A DNA stretch of 64,000 nt, taken from positions 30,406 through 94,405 of the forward strand of contig JANXWA010000034.1 in NCBI GenBank assembly GCA_025351385.1, written 5' to 3'. Position 1 is the stretch's first letter; each line of letters opens with the position of its first letter. The position numbers and the translations under genes are program-made. Below, in pieces: positions 38,080 through 48,359 of this stretch. The notes beneath the pieces are model-generated. The model was not told the DNA's origin and searched no databases. It was given only the letters and a program-made list of their open reading frames with translations. Origin of the DNA: Acidimicrobiales bacterium (lineage in GTDB: Bacteria; Actinomycetota; Acidimicrobiia; Acidimicrobiales; RAAP-2).

Positions 38080-40551
38080 CTAGGTACGCGGAGCCAAGGG
38101 CAGCTCGATGGCGACCGTGAGGCCGCCTCCCGGCGTGTCCTCGAAGTGCAGCCGTCCGCCGAGTAGTTGCATGAAGCCCGACGCCACCGTGAGGTTCAGT
38201 CCCGCGTTCAGCTGCTCGCCACTCAATCGCTCGAAGGGTGCCAGGATCACGTCGCGCTGTGCCACGGACATGCCGGGGCCGCGATCGACGACCAGCAACT
38301 CGACGAGGTCCCCGACCACGCCACCCTTGACGACCACCGGCGAACCCAGCGGACCGAACCGACAGGCGTTGCTCACGACGTTGGCGATCACTCGTTGCGC
38401 GAGATCGGGATCAGTCACTAGGTCGGGAACGTCGTCGGGGAGACGTATCTCGACCTGGCGGCCACGGGTGTCGACCCCGGCCACCGCCGCTTTCACCAAC
38501 GAGGCGAGCTTCGCAGTCGCCGGATGGGGAGCCACGTCGGCCGCCTCGAGGCGACCGGCGTCCAGGATGTTCGCGACCAGCCGATTGAGGTGATGCACTT
38601 GAGCGTTGATGGCCCGTAGCACCGAGTTCGCGTTGCCGGGGTCGACGGGGTCCAACAGCGCGGCGACGTCCTCCTGGACCTGTTCGAGTGGACGTCGCAG
38701 GTCGCTCGCGACCGTCTGGAACAGCGCCAAGCGGAGCGATTCCGCCTCGGCGATCTCTTGGAGCTGCGTGGCGTCGCGTTCGATGATCTGGGACCGCAGA
38801 CCGGCGGCGATGCGACTGGCAAAGGCGCCGATCAGTTCGTGATCCTGGACGCCGAGGGTCGCCCCGACGACGGAGAGACGATGATCGTCATCAATGGCGA
38901 AGTGAACGCCGACGTTCGAGTCCGGCGACGCCTCCCCGCTCACCACGTCCGCGGACCACGAACCGCCCCGTTGGGCGTAGATCGCGACGGTCGACGCCGC
39001 GAAGACGGCGCGAAGCGAGTCGAGTAGCGGCAGTACGTCTTCGTGCGACGTCGCCAAGGTGGCGGCCGCCTTGGCCAGGATCTCGGCCTCGGCCCGAGCC
39101 CGGTCGGCCTCCGCCGACCGTTGGGTGTACCGGTTCACGACGATGCTCGCCGCGACCGCGAAGAGCAGGAATGCGGCGAGCGCCACGGCGTCGTCAGGTC
39201 GGGCCACCTGCAAGGTGTGCAGGGGCTTGACGAAGTAGTAGTTCTCCAAGCCCGAGGCGGCCAGCGCGGCGATGACGCCGACGATGGCGCCAGCCCACGT
39301 CGTCAGCACGAGCACGGCAACGAGGTACACCAGGAAGACGCTCGAGAGTGAGAGGCTCGTGCGGGCCTGGGTCATGGCCACCGTCAACAGCGGCATCAAG
39401 GCCGCGGTGGTGACGAGGGCGAGGGTCACCAGTCGCCACGACACCCTCTCCTTGCGACGTCGTTGGTGGACGTGGGCGGGCCGCTCGCCCCCGACCGCGA
39501 TGATGTGCACGTCCAAGTCGCGCGCGTGGCGCAGGACCTTCTCCACGACGCCGTGCGGAGGCCGCCAGGCCGCGCGGGGCCGACTGGCCCCCAGGATGAT
39601 CTGGGTCCCGCGCTCGGCGCGCGCGAACGACACGAGCGCCGTCGCCACGTCGTCGTCGACGACCTCTTGGAACTTGCCCTCGAACTCCTTCACCAGCTCC
39701 TGGGCCACCGCAGTGTCAACCGACTCGTGGCGGATTGCGTCCGAGTCCATGATGTGCACCGCGAAGAGCTCAGCTCCGGTGCGTGACGCGATACGCGCGG
39801 CGCGTCGTAGAAGGATCTCATCGGTCAACGTGCCGGTCACACCCACGATCAACCGCTCACGGGTCTCCCACGTTTGGTTGATGGCGTGATCGTCGAGGTA
39901 CTGCTGCAGCGAGTCCTCAACCCGGTCCGCCAGCCAGAGCAGGGCCAGCTCGCGAAGTGCGCTGAGGTTGCCGACGCGAAAGTAGTTCGAGAGCGAGGCG
40001 TCGATCTTGTCGGCCGTGTAGATGTTGCCGTGAGCCATCCGGCGCCGCAGGGCCTCGGGGGTGACGTCAACGAGCTCGATCTGCTCGGCGCGGCGAACAA
40101 CCGCGTCGGGAATGGTCTCTTGCTGGCTGATGCCGGTGATCTTCTCGACGACGTCGTTCACCGACTCGAGGTGCTGGATGTTGATGGTGGTGATGACGTC
40201 GATGCCGGCGTCCAGCAGCGCGTCGACGTCCTGCCAACGCTTCTCGTTGGTGCTGCCCGGAGCGTTCGTGTGCGCCAGTTCGTCGACGAGGGCGACCTTG
40301 GGACTTCGCGCCAGCACCGCCTCGAGGTCCATCTCCTCGAGCCGGGCACCGCGATACTTTCGCGTGATTCGGGGCACCACCTCGAGGTCGCGCATCTGGG
40401 CCGTGGTGAGGGGGCGGTCGTGAGCCTCGACGTAACCAACAACGACGTCGGTGCCCCGCTCGCGACGCCGCCAACCCTCGTCCAGCATGCGGTAGGTCTT
40501 GCCCACTCCGGGGGCTGACCCTAGGTAGACACGAAGTTGACCGCGTTGCAT
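38080..40551 (-). CDS. kdpD: Full-length KdpD-architecture sensor protein with degenerate H-box (no phospho-acceptor His)
   Basis: N-terminus LGSAPGVGKTYRML...VDELAHTN (KdpD N-domain), Usp-like region, 4-TM DUF4118, then the transmitter module. H-box reads LFQTVASDLRRPL (Ser where His is expected). G2 box reads NAGLNLTVA. N box and DRGPGM are retained. Confidence 0.85.
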   Translation of the reverse strand: MQRGQLRVYLGSAPGVGKTYRMLDEGWRRRERGTDVVVGYVEAHDRPLTTAQMRDLEVVPRITRKYRGARLEEMDLEAVLARSPKVALVDELAHTNAPGSTNEKRWQDVDALLDAGIDVITTINIQHLESVNDVVEKITGISQQETIPDAVVRRAEQIELVDVTPEALRRRMAHGNIYTADKIDASLSNYFRVGNLSALRELALLWLADRVEDSLQQYLDDHAINQTWETRERLIVGVTGTLTDEILLRRAARIASRTGAELFAVHIMDSDAIRHESVDTAVAQELVKEFEGKFQEVVDDDVATALVSFARAERGTQIILGASRPRAAWRPPHGVVEKVLRHARDLDVHIIAVGGERPAHVHQRRRKERVSWRLVTLALVTTAALMPLLTVAMTQARTSLSLSSVFLVYLVAVLVLTTWAGAIVGVIAALAASGLENYYFVKPLHTLQVARPDDAVALAAFLLFAVAASIVVNRYTQRSAEADRARAEAEILAKAAATLATSHEDVLPLLDSLRAVFAASTVAIYAQRGGSWSADVVSGEASPDSNVGVHFAIDDDHRLSVVGATLGVQDHELIGAFASRIAAGLRSQIIERDATQLQEIAEAESLRLALFQTVASDLRRPLEQVQEDVAALLDPVDPGNANSVLRAINAQVHHLNRLVANILDAGRLEAADVAPHPATAKLASLVKAAVAGVDTRGRQVEIRLPDDVPDLVTDPDLAQRVIANVVSNACRFGPLGSPVVVKGGVVGDLVELLVVDRGPGMSVAQRDVILAPFERLSGEQLNAGLNLTVASGFMQLLGGRLHFEDTPGGGLTVAIELPLAPRT

Positions 40552-40686
40552 GGGACCAGTATCCCCTACGACGTGACGAACCGACGGCGACGGAGCCCGC
40601 GGATCGCGATTTTTGGGTCGCTCACGACGACGTCACTGGCAGGCGCGAGCTCCGCTCGAGGAGTGCGTCGACCGACGTCGTTGACG

Positions 40687-41442
40687 TCACGAATCATGTG
40701 GCTGGTCCACGACACTGGCGGCCACGACGTCGACGAGCGAGACCGCCACGATTCGGCGAACTCGGGATACCGCCTCGCCTGGCGTTGGGGTGAGGACGAA
40801 GCGTCCGACGACCCTTCCCTTCCACTGCGCGACGATCTCCGCCTCGGGGCCAGGAATGCCGATCTCTCGGGCTGGCCAGTGGAGTCCCACGTGCACAACG
40901 TCGCCACTGGGCTCGATTCGCGCCAGAGGCGGGTCCGCCATCTTGAGGTCGAATCGGCACGATCGCAGACTGAGGATTCGCACGAGCGAGTCCGACGCCC
41001 GATCCACGATCGCCGGGACGGACGCCGTTCGTGCGGCGAGATCCGCGACGTCGTGGATCATCGCCACAAACTCGGTCGCCTCGTTCGCCGCCTGCCAATG
41101 GTGGCGGCTCCGTCCGGCGAGTTCGGTGATGAAGACTCCCACCACGAAGATGCTGACCGTGGTCTCAAGCTCGGCCCGATGGTCGATGGCCAGTCGGAAG
41201 TACGGCGCCGTCAGGAAGAAGTCAAACCAGACCGCGGCCGACAGGCTGGCGAGCACGCCCGCCACACGGTTCCCCGAGACGGCCATGATCGCGATCACCG
41301 CCACCATCGTGAGCGCTGCGGCAGTCGTGGCGAACGTTCCCCGGAACGGCGCCAGGATCGCGGCCACCACGAGGGGCGCCACGATCGCCGCCGGCACCGT
41401 AACTGCGCTGCTCAGCCGCTGCAATCCACCCATCGCCCTCAT
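40687..41442 (-). CDS. DUF4118-type (KdpD transmembrane module) protein with GAF-like tail and no kinase domain
   Basis: 251 aa. TM block ...AAVWFDFFLTAPYFRLAI..ELETTVSIFVVGVFITELAG resembles the KdpD membrane domain. Lies between kdpC and kdpD. Confidence 0.65.
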   Translation of the reverse strand: MRAMGGLQRLSSAVTVPAAIVAPLVVAAILAPFRGTFATTAAALTMVAVIAIMAVSGNRVAGVLASLSAAVWFDFFLTAPYFRLAIDHRAELETTVSIFVVGVFITELAGRSRHHWQAANEATEFVAMIHDVADLAARTASVPAIVDRASDSLVRILSLRSCRFDLKMADPPLARIEPSGDVVHVGLHWPAREIGIPGPEAEIVAQWKGRVVGRFVLTPTPGEAVSRVRRIVAVSLVDVVAASVVDQPHDS

Positions 41443-41488
41443 CTCCTCGCTTCCCCGATTCTTCCCTCGCCGAGGCCGCCCAGGTTCT

Positions 41489-42094
41489 TCATCGCTCCAG
41501 CTTCGCCAATCCCTCGTTCAGCGCGAGCACGGTGACGTAGCTTGAGCCGAGGAAGCCGAACTGTGCGCCGTGGGTCTCGCGGGCGATGAGCGCGCGCAAT
41601 GATGCAGACGAGACGCCAGTGGACTTGGCAACCATGGGAATCTGAACGAGAGCGTCCAGAGGCGAGATGTCCGGGTCGTAGCCACTGCCCGACGTGGTGA
41701 CGAGGTCCGGCGTCGGGTTCACGCCGAGCGAGTGCCAGTACGCGACTAGCGCCTTGGTGTTGGCGATGAGGACTTTGGATCGCGGCCCCAGGTTCGATGC
41801 GCCCGACTCGCCACTGACGCCATTGTTCATCAACGGGTTGTCGCCGCCGGACACGTGTGTGGCGGCGTTCGCCGCGTACGGACCAGTGTCGTCTGGACGG
41901 CCGTGGAACCACTTGGGGCTCGACCAGTTCTGGCCGATCAGAGTCGAGCCGTTGGCGGTCAACGAACCGTTGGCCTGGTGCGGAAAGAGGATCTGGGCGA
42001 CCCCGGTACCGGCGAAGGCGTACACGAAGCCGAAGAACACCATGCAGATGACTGCCATGACGAGGGATCGGCGGAGGTGGATGAGCATCAGCAT
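41489..42094 (-). CDS. kdpC: K+-transporting ATPase subunit C
   Basis: 201 aa; N-terminal TM; ...GSGYDPDISP..A..Q..RVA-type motifs (TSGSGYDPDISPLDALVQIPMVAK). Confidence 0.9.
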   Translation of the reverse strand: MLMLIHLRRSLVMAVICMVFFGFVYAFAGTGVAQILFPHQANGSLTANGSTLIGQNWSSPKWFHGRPDDTGPYAANAATHVSGGDNPLMNNGVSGESGASNLGPRSKVLIANTKALVAYWHSLGVNPTPDLVTTSGSGYDPDISPLDALVQIPMVAKSTGVSSASLRALIARETHGAQFGFLGSSYVTVLALNEGLAKLER

Positions 42095-42101
42095 TCCTTC
42101 T

Positions 42102-44162
42102 CTAGTAAGCGTGCAACGCGACGAGCACGATGTCGATGAGCTTGATGAACACGAACGGGATGATGATGCCGCCGACGCCGTAGATCATGACGTTGCGACG
42201 GAGAATCGCGGCCGAGCCCGTGGCCCGGAATCTGACGCCCCGAAGGGCCAGGGGAATGAGGGCGACGATAACCAGGGCATTGAAGATGATCGCCGAGAGC
42301 ACAGCGCTTTCGGGGCTGTGCAGCCTCATAATGTTGAGGGTGTTGAGCTGCGGGTAGGTGGCCACGAACAGCGCCGGGATGATGGCGAAGTACTTGGCGA
42401 TGTCGTTGGCGATGGAGAACGTCGTGAGCGAGCCCCGCGTGATGAGAAGCTGCTTACCGATCTCGACGATGTCGATCAGCTTGGTCGGGTTGGAGTCGAG
42501 GTCGACCATGTTGCCCGCCTCTTTCGCCGCCGTCGTCCCCGTGTTCATCGCCACGCCCACGTCCGCCTGGGCGAGTGCCGGGGCGTCGTTGGTGCCGTCA
42601 CCGGTCATCGCGACCAGTCGGCCGCCCTCCTGCTCCTTCTTGATGAGCGCCATCTTGGCCTCGGGCGTCGCCTCCGCGAGGAAGTCGTCGACGCCGGCCT
42701 CCTGGGCGATCGCCGCGGCCGTCAAGGGGTTGTCCCCGGTGATCATCACCGTACGGATGCCCATCTTGCGCATCTCGTCGAACTTGTCCCGGATGCCGGT
42801 CTTCACGACGTCCTTCAGCTCGATGACCCCGAGGATGTCCGTCCCGTCGGCCACGACCAGGGGTGTCGAACCGGCGCGCGACACGCGCTCGACAATGACG
42901 TCGAGGTCGTTGGGCGACATGCCGCCCGCGTCGACCACCCAGCGCTTGACGGAGTCCGCGGCGCCCTTCCGAATCTGACGCGAGCCCATGTCGAGTCCCG
43001 ACATGCGCGTGGTCGCGGTGAATGGCACGAAGACGTGGTCGTCACCGAGCTGACGTTCGCGGATGCCGAACTGCTCTTTCGCGAGTACCACGACCGAGCG
43101 CCCCTCGGGTGTCTCGTCGGCGAGTGAGGCCAGTTGGGCGACGTCGGCCAACTCTTGCTCGCTGTGTCCACCTACGGGGAAGAAGTTGGCCGCCATGCGG
43201 TTGCCCAAGGTGATGGTGCCGGTCTTGTCGAGCAGCAGGACTTGGACGTCGCCCGCCGCCTCGACGGCGCGCCCGCTCATCGCGAGCACGTTGCGCTGGA
43301 CGAGGCGGTCCATGCCGGCGATGCCGATCGCCGACAGCAACGCCCCGATCGTTGTGGGGATGAGGCACACCAGCAGTGAAACGAGGACCACCACCGAGAC
43401 CGCCGCGCCGGCGAAGTTTCCGAAGGGGACCAGGGTGACGACAACCGGGATGAAGACGATCGTCAGCACGGCGAGCAGAATCGTCAAGGCGATCTCGTTG
43501 GGTGTCTTCTGGCGATTGGCCCCTTCGACGAGCGTGATCATCCGGTCGATGAATGTCTGGCCCCGCTCGGCCGTGATGCGAACTACTATCCGGTCCGACA
43601 ACACCTTCGTGCCACCAGTCACGGCCGACCGGTCGCCGCCGGACTCACGGATGACGGGTGCAGACTCGCCCGTGATCGCCGACTCGTCGACCGAGGCGAT
43701 GCCCTCGATGATCTCGCCGTCGGACGGGATTACGTCGTTGGCCTCGCAGACCACGAGGTCTCCCTTGGCCAGCAGCGCCGCGGCGACCAGCTCCTCGGTG
43801 CCGTCGGGAAGAAGACGGCGAGCCTCGGTCTCCGAACGCATCTTTCGCAGCGTGTCGGCCTGGGCCTTGCCGCGGCCCTCGGCCATCGCCTCGGCGAAGT
43901 TGGCGAAGAGCACAGTGAGCACCAGCCAGATCGTGATGGACCAGGCGAACTTGCTGGGATGGGCGATCGCCTCAAAGAAAGTGATCACCGAGCCGATGAG
44001 GACCACGAACATCACGGGGTTCTTGATTTGCACCCGCGGGTCCATCTTGCGCAGGGAGTCGCCCAGCGCCTGTCGGAGGATCTCCTTGTCGAAGAGGCCC
44101 CGCGACTTGGCGACCCCGCCGCGTGACGCATCAGTGGTGGGCTTGTCGATGACTTTGTTCAT
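42102..44162 (-). CDS. kdpB: K+-transporting P-type ATPase subunit B
   Basis: [41 protein letters not shown]. Confidence 0.95.
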   Translation of the reverse strand: MNKVIDKPTTDASRGGVAKSRGLFDKEILRQALGDSLRKMDPRVQIKNPVMFVVLIGSVITFFEAIAHPSKFAWSITIWLVLTVLFANFAEAMAEGRGKAQADTLRKMRSETEARRLLPDGTEELVAAALLAKGDLVVCEANDVIPSDGEIIEGIASVDESAITGESAPVIRESGGDRSAVTGGTKVLSDRIVVRITAERGQTFIDRMITLVEGANRQKTPNEIALTILLAVLTIVFIPVVVTLVPFGNFAGAAVSVVVLVSLLVCLIPTTIGALLSAIGIAGMDRLVQRNVLAMSGRAVEAAGDVQVLLLDKTGTITLGNRMAANFFPVGGHSEQELADVAQLASLADETPEGRSVVVLAKEQFGIRERQLGDDHVFVPFTATTRMSGLDMGSRQIRKGAADSVKRWVVDAGGMSPNDLDVIVERVSRAGSTPLVVADGTDILGVIELKDVVKTGIRDKFDEMRKMGIRTVMITGDNPLTAAAIAQEAGVDDFLAEATPEAKMALIKKEQEGGRLVAMTGDGTNDAPALAQADVGVAMNTGTTAAKEAGNMVDLDSNPTKLIDIVEIGKQLLITRGSLTTFSIANDIAKYFAIIPALFVATYPQLNTLNIMRLHSPESAVLSAIIFNALVIVALIPLALRGVRFRATGSAAILRRNVMIYGVGGIIIPFVFIKLIDIVLVALHAY

Positions 44163-45850
44163 TAGAAGAACCTCAGGTGGCTTAGTTGCTCGACGATGGG
44201 GCCGAGGGAGATGGCGGGAAAGAACGTGAGTCCACCGATGATCAGGATGACGCCGACGACGAGTCCGATGAACATTGCGTTGTCGGTTCGGAATGTGCCC
44301 AGCGACTCGGCCACGACCGGCTTCTCTGCGAGAGCCCCTCCCAGCGCGATGCAGGGGATCATGATGGCGAAGCGACCGAGCAGCATGTCGATGCCACCGA
44401 TCACGTTATAGAAAGGCGTGTTGCCCGTGAGCCCTCCGAAGGCCGAACCGTTGTTGTTGCCCTGGGAGGTCAATCCGTAGAGGATCTCGGTGAAACCGTG
44501 GGGCCCCGCGTTGAGCGGTCCGGCCCGCCCGGCGGCGAGCGACACCGCGACTGCGGTCAGCACGAGGACGGTGATCGGCATCACGAGGGCCGCCAATCCG
44601 GCCAGCTTGACCTCTCTCGCCTGGATCTTCTTACCCAGGTACTCCGGTGTTCGCCCGATCATCAGCCCGCCGATGAACACCGCGATGATCGCGTAGACCA
44701 GCAGTGTGTAGAGGCCGCTGCCGGTGCCGCCGGGCGTCACCTCGCCGATCATCATGCCGGTCAAGAGCCCCAGGCCGCCAATCGGGGTGAACGAGTCGTA
44801 GGCACCATTGGCTGAGCCGGTGGAGGTTGAAGTCGAGGCCACACCGAAGAGGGCGGTCGTCGTGTCGCCGAAGCGCACCTCCTTGCCCACGGTGTTGCCG
44901 ACCGTCGAGTGAATGCCCGCCGCGGCGACCGCGGGGTTGTTCTGGTGCTCGGCGAAGCTCGTGAAGCCCACCCAGACACCGAAGAGGAGTGCCATGGCAG
45001 CCAACAGCGCCGCGCCGTGGCGCACGCTCTTGACCATCTTGCCGAAGGTGTAGGTCAGGGCGAAGGGGATCGCGAGCAACAGGTACATCGAGAGAAAGTT
45101 CGTCAGGCCGGACGGGTTCTCGAAGGGCGTGGCGGAGTTGGCGTTGAGGAAGCCGCCGCCGTTGGTGCCGACCTGCTTGATCGCTTCCATGAAGGCGATC
45201 GGCCCACGCGCGATGACCTGGACCGCACCGTTCAACACGTCGTGGATGGTCGCGGTGCCGGCGAGGGTCATGACGGCGCCCTCACCGACGAAGATGATGC
45301 CGGCGATGAAGGCCATGGGGAGAAGGATGTAGAAGAGGCATCGCGTGAGGTCGACCCAGAAGTTGCCAACCGTGGCGAAGTTCTTGCGCGAGAAACCGCG
45401 CACCAGGACGATCGCCGCACAGATGCCCACGGCCGGGGTGACGAACTGCTGGACCGTCAGTGCGCCCATCTGGGAGAAATACGACATCGTCGTCTCGCCC
45501 CCGTAGTTCTGCCAGTTCGTGTTGGTGACGAAGGAGGCCGACGTGTTGAAGCCGAGGGCCGAGCCGACCGCCCCGAGGTGCTGGGGGTTCAGGGGCAACG
45601 AACCCTGGAGTCGCAGAATCGCGTACGTGAAGGCCAATGAGACGGCCGAGAAGACGATCACGGCTCCGCCGTAGCGCTTCCAGGTCTGTTCCTGGTCAGG
45701 TCGGGTGCTGAGGAGTCGGTAGATCGGTCGCTCGACGAAGCCGAGGAAGTGGACGCGACCGTCGAAGACGGCGGCCATGTAGGACCCGAGGTAGCGCCAG
45801 GTGACGCCGAGCGCCACGACGAGGGCGACGAGGGTGAGGAAGTAGCCCAT
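44162..45850 (-). CDS. kdpA: K+-transporting ATPase subunit A
   Basis: 562 aa. [17 protein letters not shown] and NNGSAFGG selectivity-filter-like repeats. Confidence 0.95.
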   Translation of the reverse strand: MGYFLTLVALVVALGVTWRYLGSYMAAVFDGRVHFLGFVERPIYRLLSTRPDQEQTWKRYGGAVIVFSAVSLAFTYAILRLQGSLPLNPQHLGAVGSALGFNTSASFVTNTNWQNYGGETTMSYFSQMGALTVQQFVTPAVGICAAIVLVRGFSRKNFATVGNFWVDLTRCLFYILLPMAFIAGIIFVGEGAVMTLAGTATIHDVLNGAVQVIARGPIAFMEAIKQVGTNGGGFLNANSATPFENPSGLTNFLSMYLLLAIPFALTYTFGKMVKSVRHGAALLAAMALLFGVWVGFTSFAEHQNNPAVAAAGIHSTVGNTVGKEVRFGDTTTALFGVASTSTSTGSANGAYDSFTPIGGLGLLTGMMIGEVTPGGTGSGLYTLLVYAIIAVFIGGLMIGRTPEYLGKKIQAREVKLAGLAALVMPITVLVLTAVAVSLAAGRAGPLNAGPHGFTEILYGLTSQGNNNGSAFGGLTGNTPFYNVIGGIDMLLGRFAIMIPCIALGGALAEKPVVAESLGTFRTDNAMFIGLVVGVILIIGGLTFFPAISLGPIVEQLSHLRFF

Positions 45851-45940
45851 TTAGAACTTCTCCGGCTTGAACATGGCGTAGCCGATGTAGACGAACATCA
45901 CCACGGCGACGCACAGGAGGATGATCTGAAAGAAGCTCAT
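45851..45940 (-). CDS. kdpF: K+-transporting ATPase subunit F
   Basis: Internal ATG of ORF 45851..46060: MSFFQIILLCVAVVMFVYIGYAMFKPEKF. Typical KdpF length and ...PEKF ending; abuts the kdpA start. Confidence 0.8.
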   Translation of the reverse strand: MSFFQIILLCVAVVMFVYIGYAMFKPEKF

Positions 45941-46020
45941 ACGCGATCCAGTGCCCAGATGAGACCGAGCATCACCACGGCGAATCCGATGATGCCTATT
46001 GCTGAGTAGAAATCTGCCAT
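45937..46020 (-). CDS. Additional 27-aa hydrophobic micro-ORF translationally coupled to kdpF
   Basis: My translation: ATG 46020..46018 gives MADFYSAIGIIGFAVVMLGLIWALDRV*. Its TGA overlaps the kdpF ATG (ATGA). Confidence 0.45.
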   Translation of the reverse strand: MADFYSAIGIIGFAVVMLGLIWALDRV

Positions 46021-46135
46021 GACTCGATTCTGCTGGGCGCGCACTTAACAGGTTCTTCAAAGTCGTCCGAGTGTCTTAATAACTCCTTCATTCCCTCTCG
46101 TCGAAGGGACGGAGGTCCTGTACCATACTGAGAGC

Positions 46136-47608
46136 GTGCGTAAGAACCTCGTGGGATCGACCGTGGGCGTACTCGGCGTCGTCACCCTCGGCATTGCGAT
46201 GCTGCCCCTCCGTTCGCACATCAGCGTCTCGACCGCAGCGCTGGTCTTCGTCATCCCGGTGGTCTTCGGGGCGGCGATCGGCGGATTCTTTGCCGGCATC
46301 TTCAGCGTGGCGGCCGGTTTCCTCGTCTACGACTACGCCTACATCCCTCCCTACCGGACGCTCAACGTGGGCACCACCCAGAATTGGACTGCACTGGCCG
46401 TCTACGTGCTGGTCATGGTCATCGTCGCGCGCGTCGTGGCAAGCCTCGACGCCTCGCGGAACGAGGCCTTGCGCGGTGGCGAGGCCGCTCAGCGACTCTC
46501 CGACCTCTCGGAGCTGCTCGTGGGCGACCGACCGGTCAACGATCTGCTCGAGACCATCGTGTCGGCGGTCCACGAGGTCTTCGAGATTCCAAGCGTCTCG
46601 TTGCTCGTGCTCGAAGAGGGGCACCTCAAGGTCGCGGCCGACGCCGGCGAGCCCCTCACCGAGTTCGAGCTCCGACAACTGAGCCCCGAGTCGGGCCTGC
46701 CAATCAGCGTCGGCACGGCCTCGGAGTCGCCCGACGCCATTCGAACGATCGCCCTGTCCGCCTCCGGCCGAGCCGTCGGGATTCTCGCCCTGCGCGGTCT
46801 GCACTCTTCGAAGACGGATCGGGCAGTCCTCAACACCTTTGCCAACGACGCTGCGCTGGCGTTGGAGCGGGCCCAATTGCGTGAGCAGGCCCTTCGGACG
46901 CAGCTCCTCGAGGAGGTGGACCGGTTCCGCCAAGGTTTGATGGGCGCCGTCTCCCACGACCTGCGAACGCCGCTCGCCACCATCAAGGTCGCCTCGTCGA
47001 CGCTCTCCAACCGATCCGAGTTCCTCTCCAAGGAGCAGGCGGGCGAGCTCTACAACCTGATCGAGGTCGAATCTGACCGCTTGACCAGACTGGTGTCGAA
47101 CCTCCTCGACATCACCCGCATCGAGGCCGGCGTCTTCACGGTTCACCGTACGCCGACGAAGTTGGTCGAGCTCATCCGCGAGGCCGTGAGCGCCATGGAA
47201 CCCACTCTCAGTGGTCACCGCGTCGAGATGATCGTCCCTCCGTCGTTGCCGATGGTGAACGTCGACCCCCTGCTCATCGGCCAGGTGCTCGTCAACCTGC
47301 TCGACAACGCCAACCGGCACTCCCCTCCTCTCGGCATCATCACCGTCGAGGCCCAGTGCCGAGGCGACCGCATCGTCATCGTGGTGACCGACCAGGGGCC
47401 CGGGATCGCGCCGAGCCAACGCGAGGCGATGTTCGAACGCTTCGCCCGACTGGACAAGGGCGGACGAGCGGGGCTCGGCCTCACGATTGCCCGGACTTTT
47501 GTCGAGGCGCACGGCGAGGACATCTGGTATGAAGAAGGCCCCCGGATGGGTGCCCGATTCGTCTTCTCACTGCCCCAGGTGGTGACCGAGCAAGTGGACG
47601 GAGGTTGA
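46136..47608 (+). CDS. Sensor histidine kinase equivalent to the KdpD C-terminal half (DUF4118-GAF-HisKA-HATPase)
   Basis: 490 aa. Lacks the KdpD N-terminal and Usp domains. Intact H-box LMGAVSHDLRTPL, N box LLDNANRH, DQGPGI, GLGLTIAR. CATACT-N6-GTG upstream. Confidence 0.85.
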   Translation: MRKNLVGSTVGVLGVVTLGIAMLPLRSHISVSTAALVFVIPVVFGAAIGGFFAGIFSVAAGFLVYDYAYIPPYRTLNVGTTQNWTALAVYVLVMVIVARVVASLDASRNEALRGGEAAQRLSDLSELLVGDRPVNDLLETIVSAVHEVFEIPSVSLLVLEEGHLKVAADAGEPLTEFELRQLSPESGLPISVGTASESPDAIRTIALSASGRAVGILALRGLHSSKTDRAVLNTFANDAALALERAQLREQALRTQLLEEVDRFRQGLMGAVSHDLRTPLATIKVASSTLSNRSEFLSKEQAGELYNLIEVESDRLTRLVSNLLDITRIEAGVFTVHRTPTKLVELIREAVSAMEPTLSGHRVEMIVPPSLPMVNVDPLLIGQVLVNLLDNANRHSPPLGIITVEAQCRGDRIVIVVTDQGPGIAPSQREAMFERFARLDKGGRAGLGLTIARTFVEAHGEDIWYEEGPRMGARFVFSLPQVVTEQVDGG

Positions 47609-47609
47609 C

Positions 47610-48296
47610 GTGGCCAAGATCCTCGTCGTCGACGACGACTCGTCCCTGCTGCGGGCACTGCGCGTGGGACTGCAGGCCGGCGGCCACGACGTGACCACCG
47701 CCGTCGACGGTCAACAGGGGATCACCCAGACCGCGCTCCTGAGTCCCGACGTCGTCGTCTTGGACATGGGACTTCCCGACATGGATGGATTGGCGGTCTG
47801 TAAGGCAATTCGTGGATGGAGCGATGTTCCAATCATCATCCTCTCCGCGACGGGTGCCGAGAACCGCAAAGTCGCAGCCCTCGACGGCGGCGCGAACGAC
47901 TACGTAACGAAGCCATTCAGCATGCCCGAGCTGGAGGCCCGCATTCGCGCGGTCATTCGAGGACGCAACGTCGACGTGGAAGGCCAACCCCCGGCAGCGC
48001 TCTCGAGCGGCGCCCTCGACCTCGACTTCGTCCATCATGAAGCGAAGCTCCACGGCGTCAACGTGGCGCTCACGACCAAGGAGTTCGAGGTGCTCTCATT
48101 CCTCGCGCGCCACGCCGGACGGACCTGCACCCACCAGATGATCCTGAGCGCCGTCTGGGGCACCGGCTACGGCGCAGAGGCCCAGTATGTCCACGCCTAC
48201 GTCCACCGTCTGCGCCAGAAGCTTTCCGACGAGTCGGCCGACCTCATCCTGACCGTGCCCGGCATCGGCTACTGCCTCTCGGACTCTACGAATTGA
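47610..48296 (+). CDS. kdpE: OmpR-family response regulator (KdpE-like)
   Basis: ILVVDDD...DVVVLDMGLPDMDG...KPF receiver domain plus winged-helix C-terminus (LTTKEFEVLSFLARH...GYG). Starts 2 nt after the kinase stop. Confidence 0.85.
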   Translation: MAKILVVDDDSSLLRALRVGLQAGGHDVTTAVDGQQGITQTALLSPDVVVLDMGLPDMDGLAVCKAIRGWSDVPIIILSATGAENRKVAALDGGANDYVTKPFSMPELEARIRAVIRGRNVDVEGQPPAALSSGALDLDFVHHEAKLHGVNVALTTKEFEVLSFLARHAGRTCTHQMILSAVWGTGYGAEAQYVHAYVHRLRQKLSDESADLILTVPGIGYCLSDSTN

Positions 48297-48359
48297 ACGG
48301 CCGGTGACGATGCACGCCCCAGGGACGGGACACCGCTTCCGCGTCGAAGGGACACGACG

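Noticed and set aside
46021-46135. Direct repeats TTAACA-N5-TTCAAA in the kdp divergent promoter as a KdpE box.
   Set aside because: Only a single 11-bp-spaced pair of loosely similar hexamers is present. I have no consensus for this lineage to compare against, so it may be chance.
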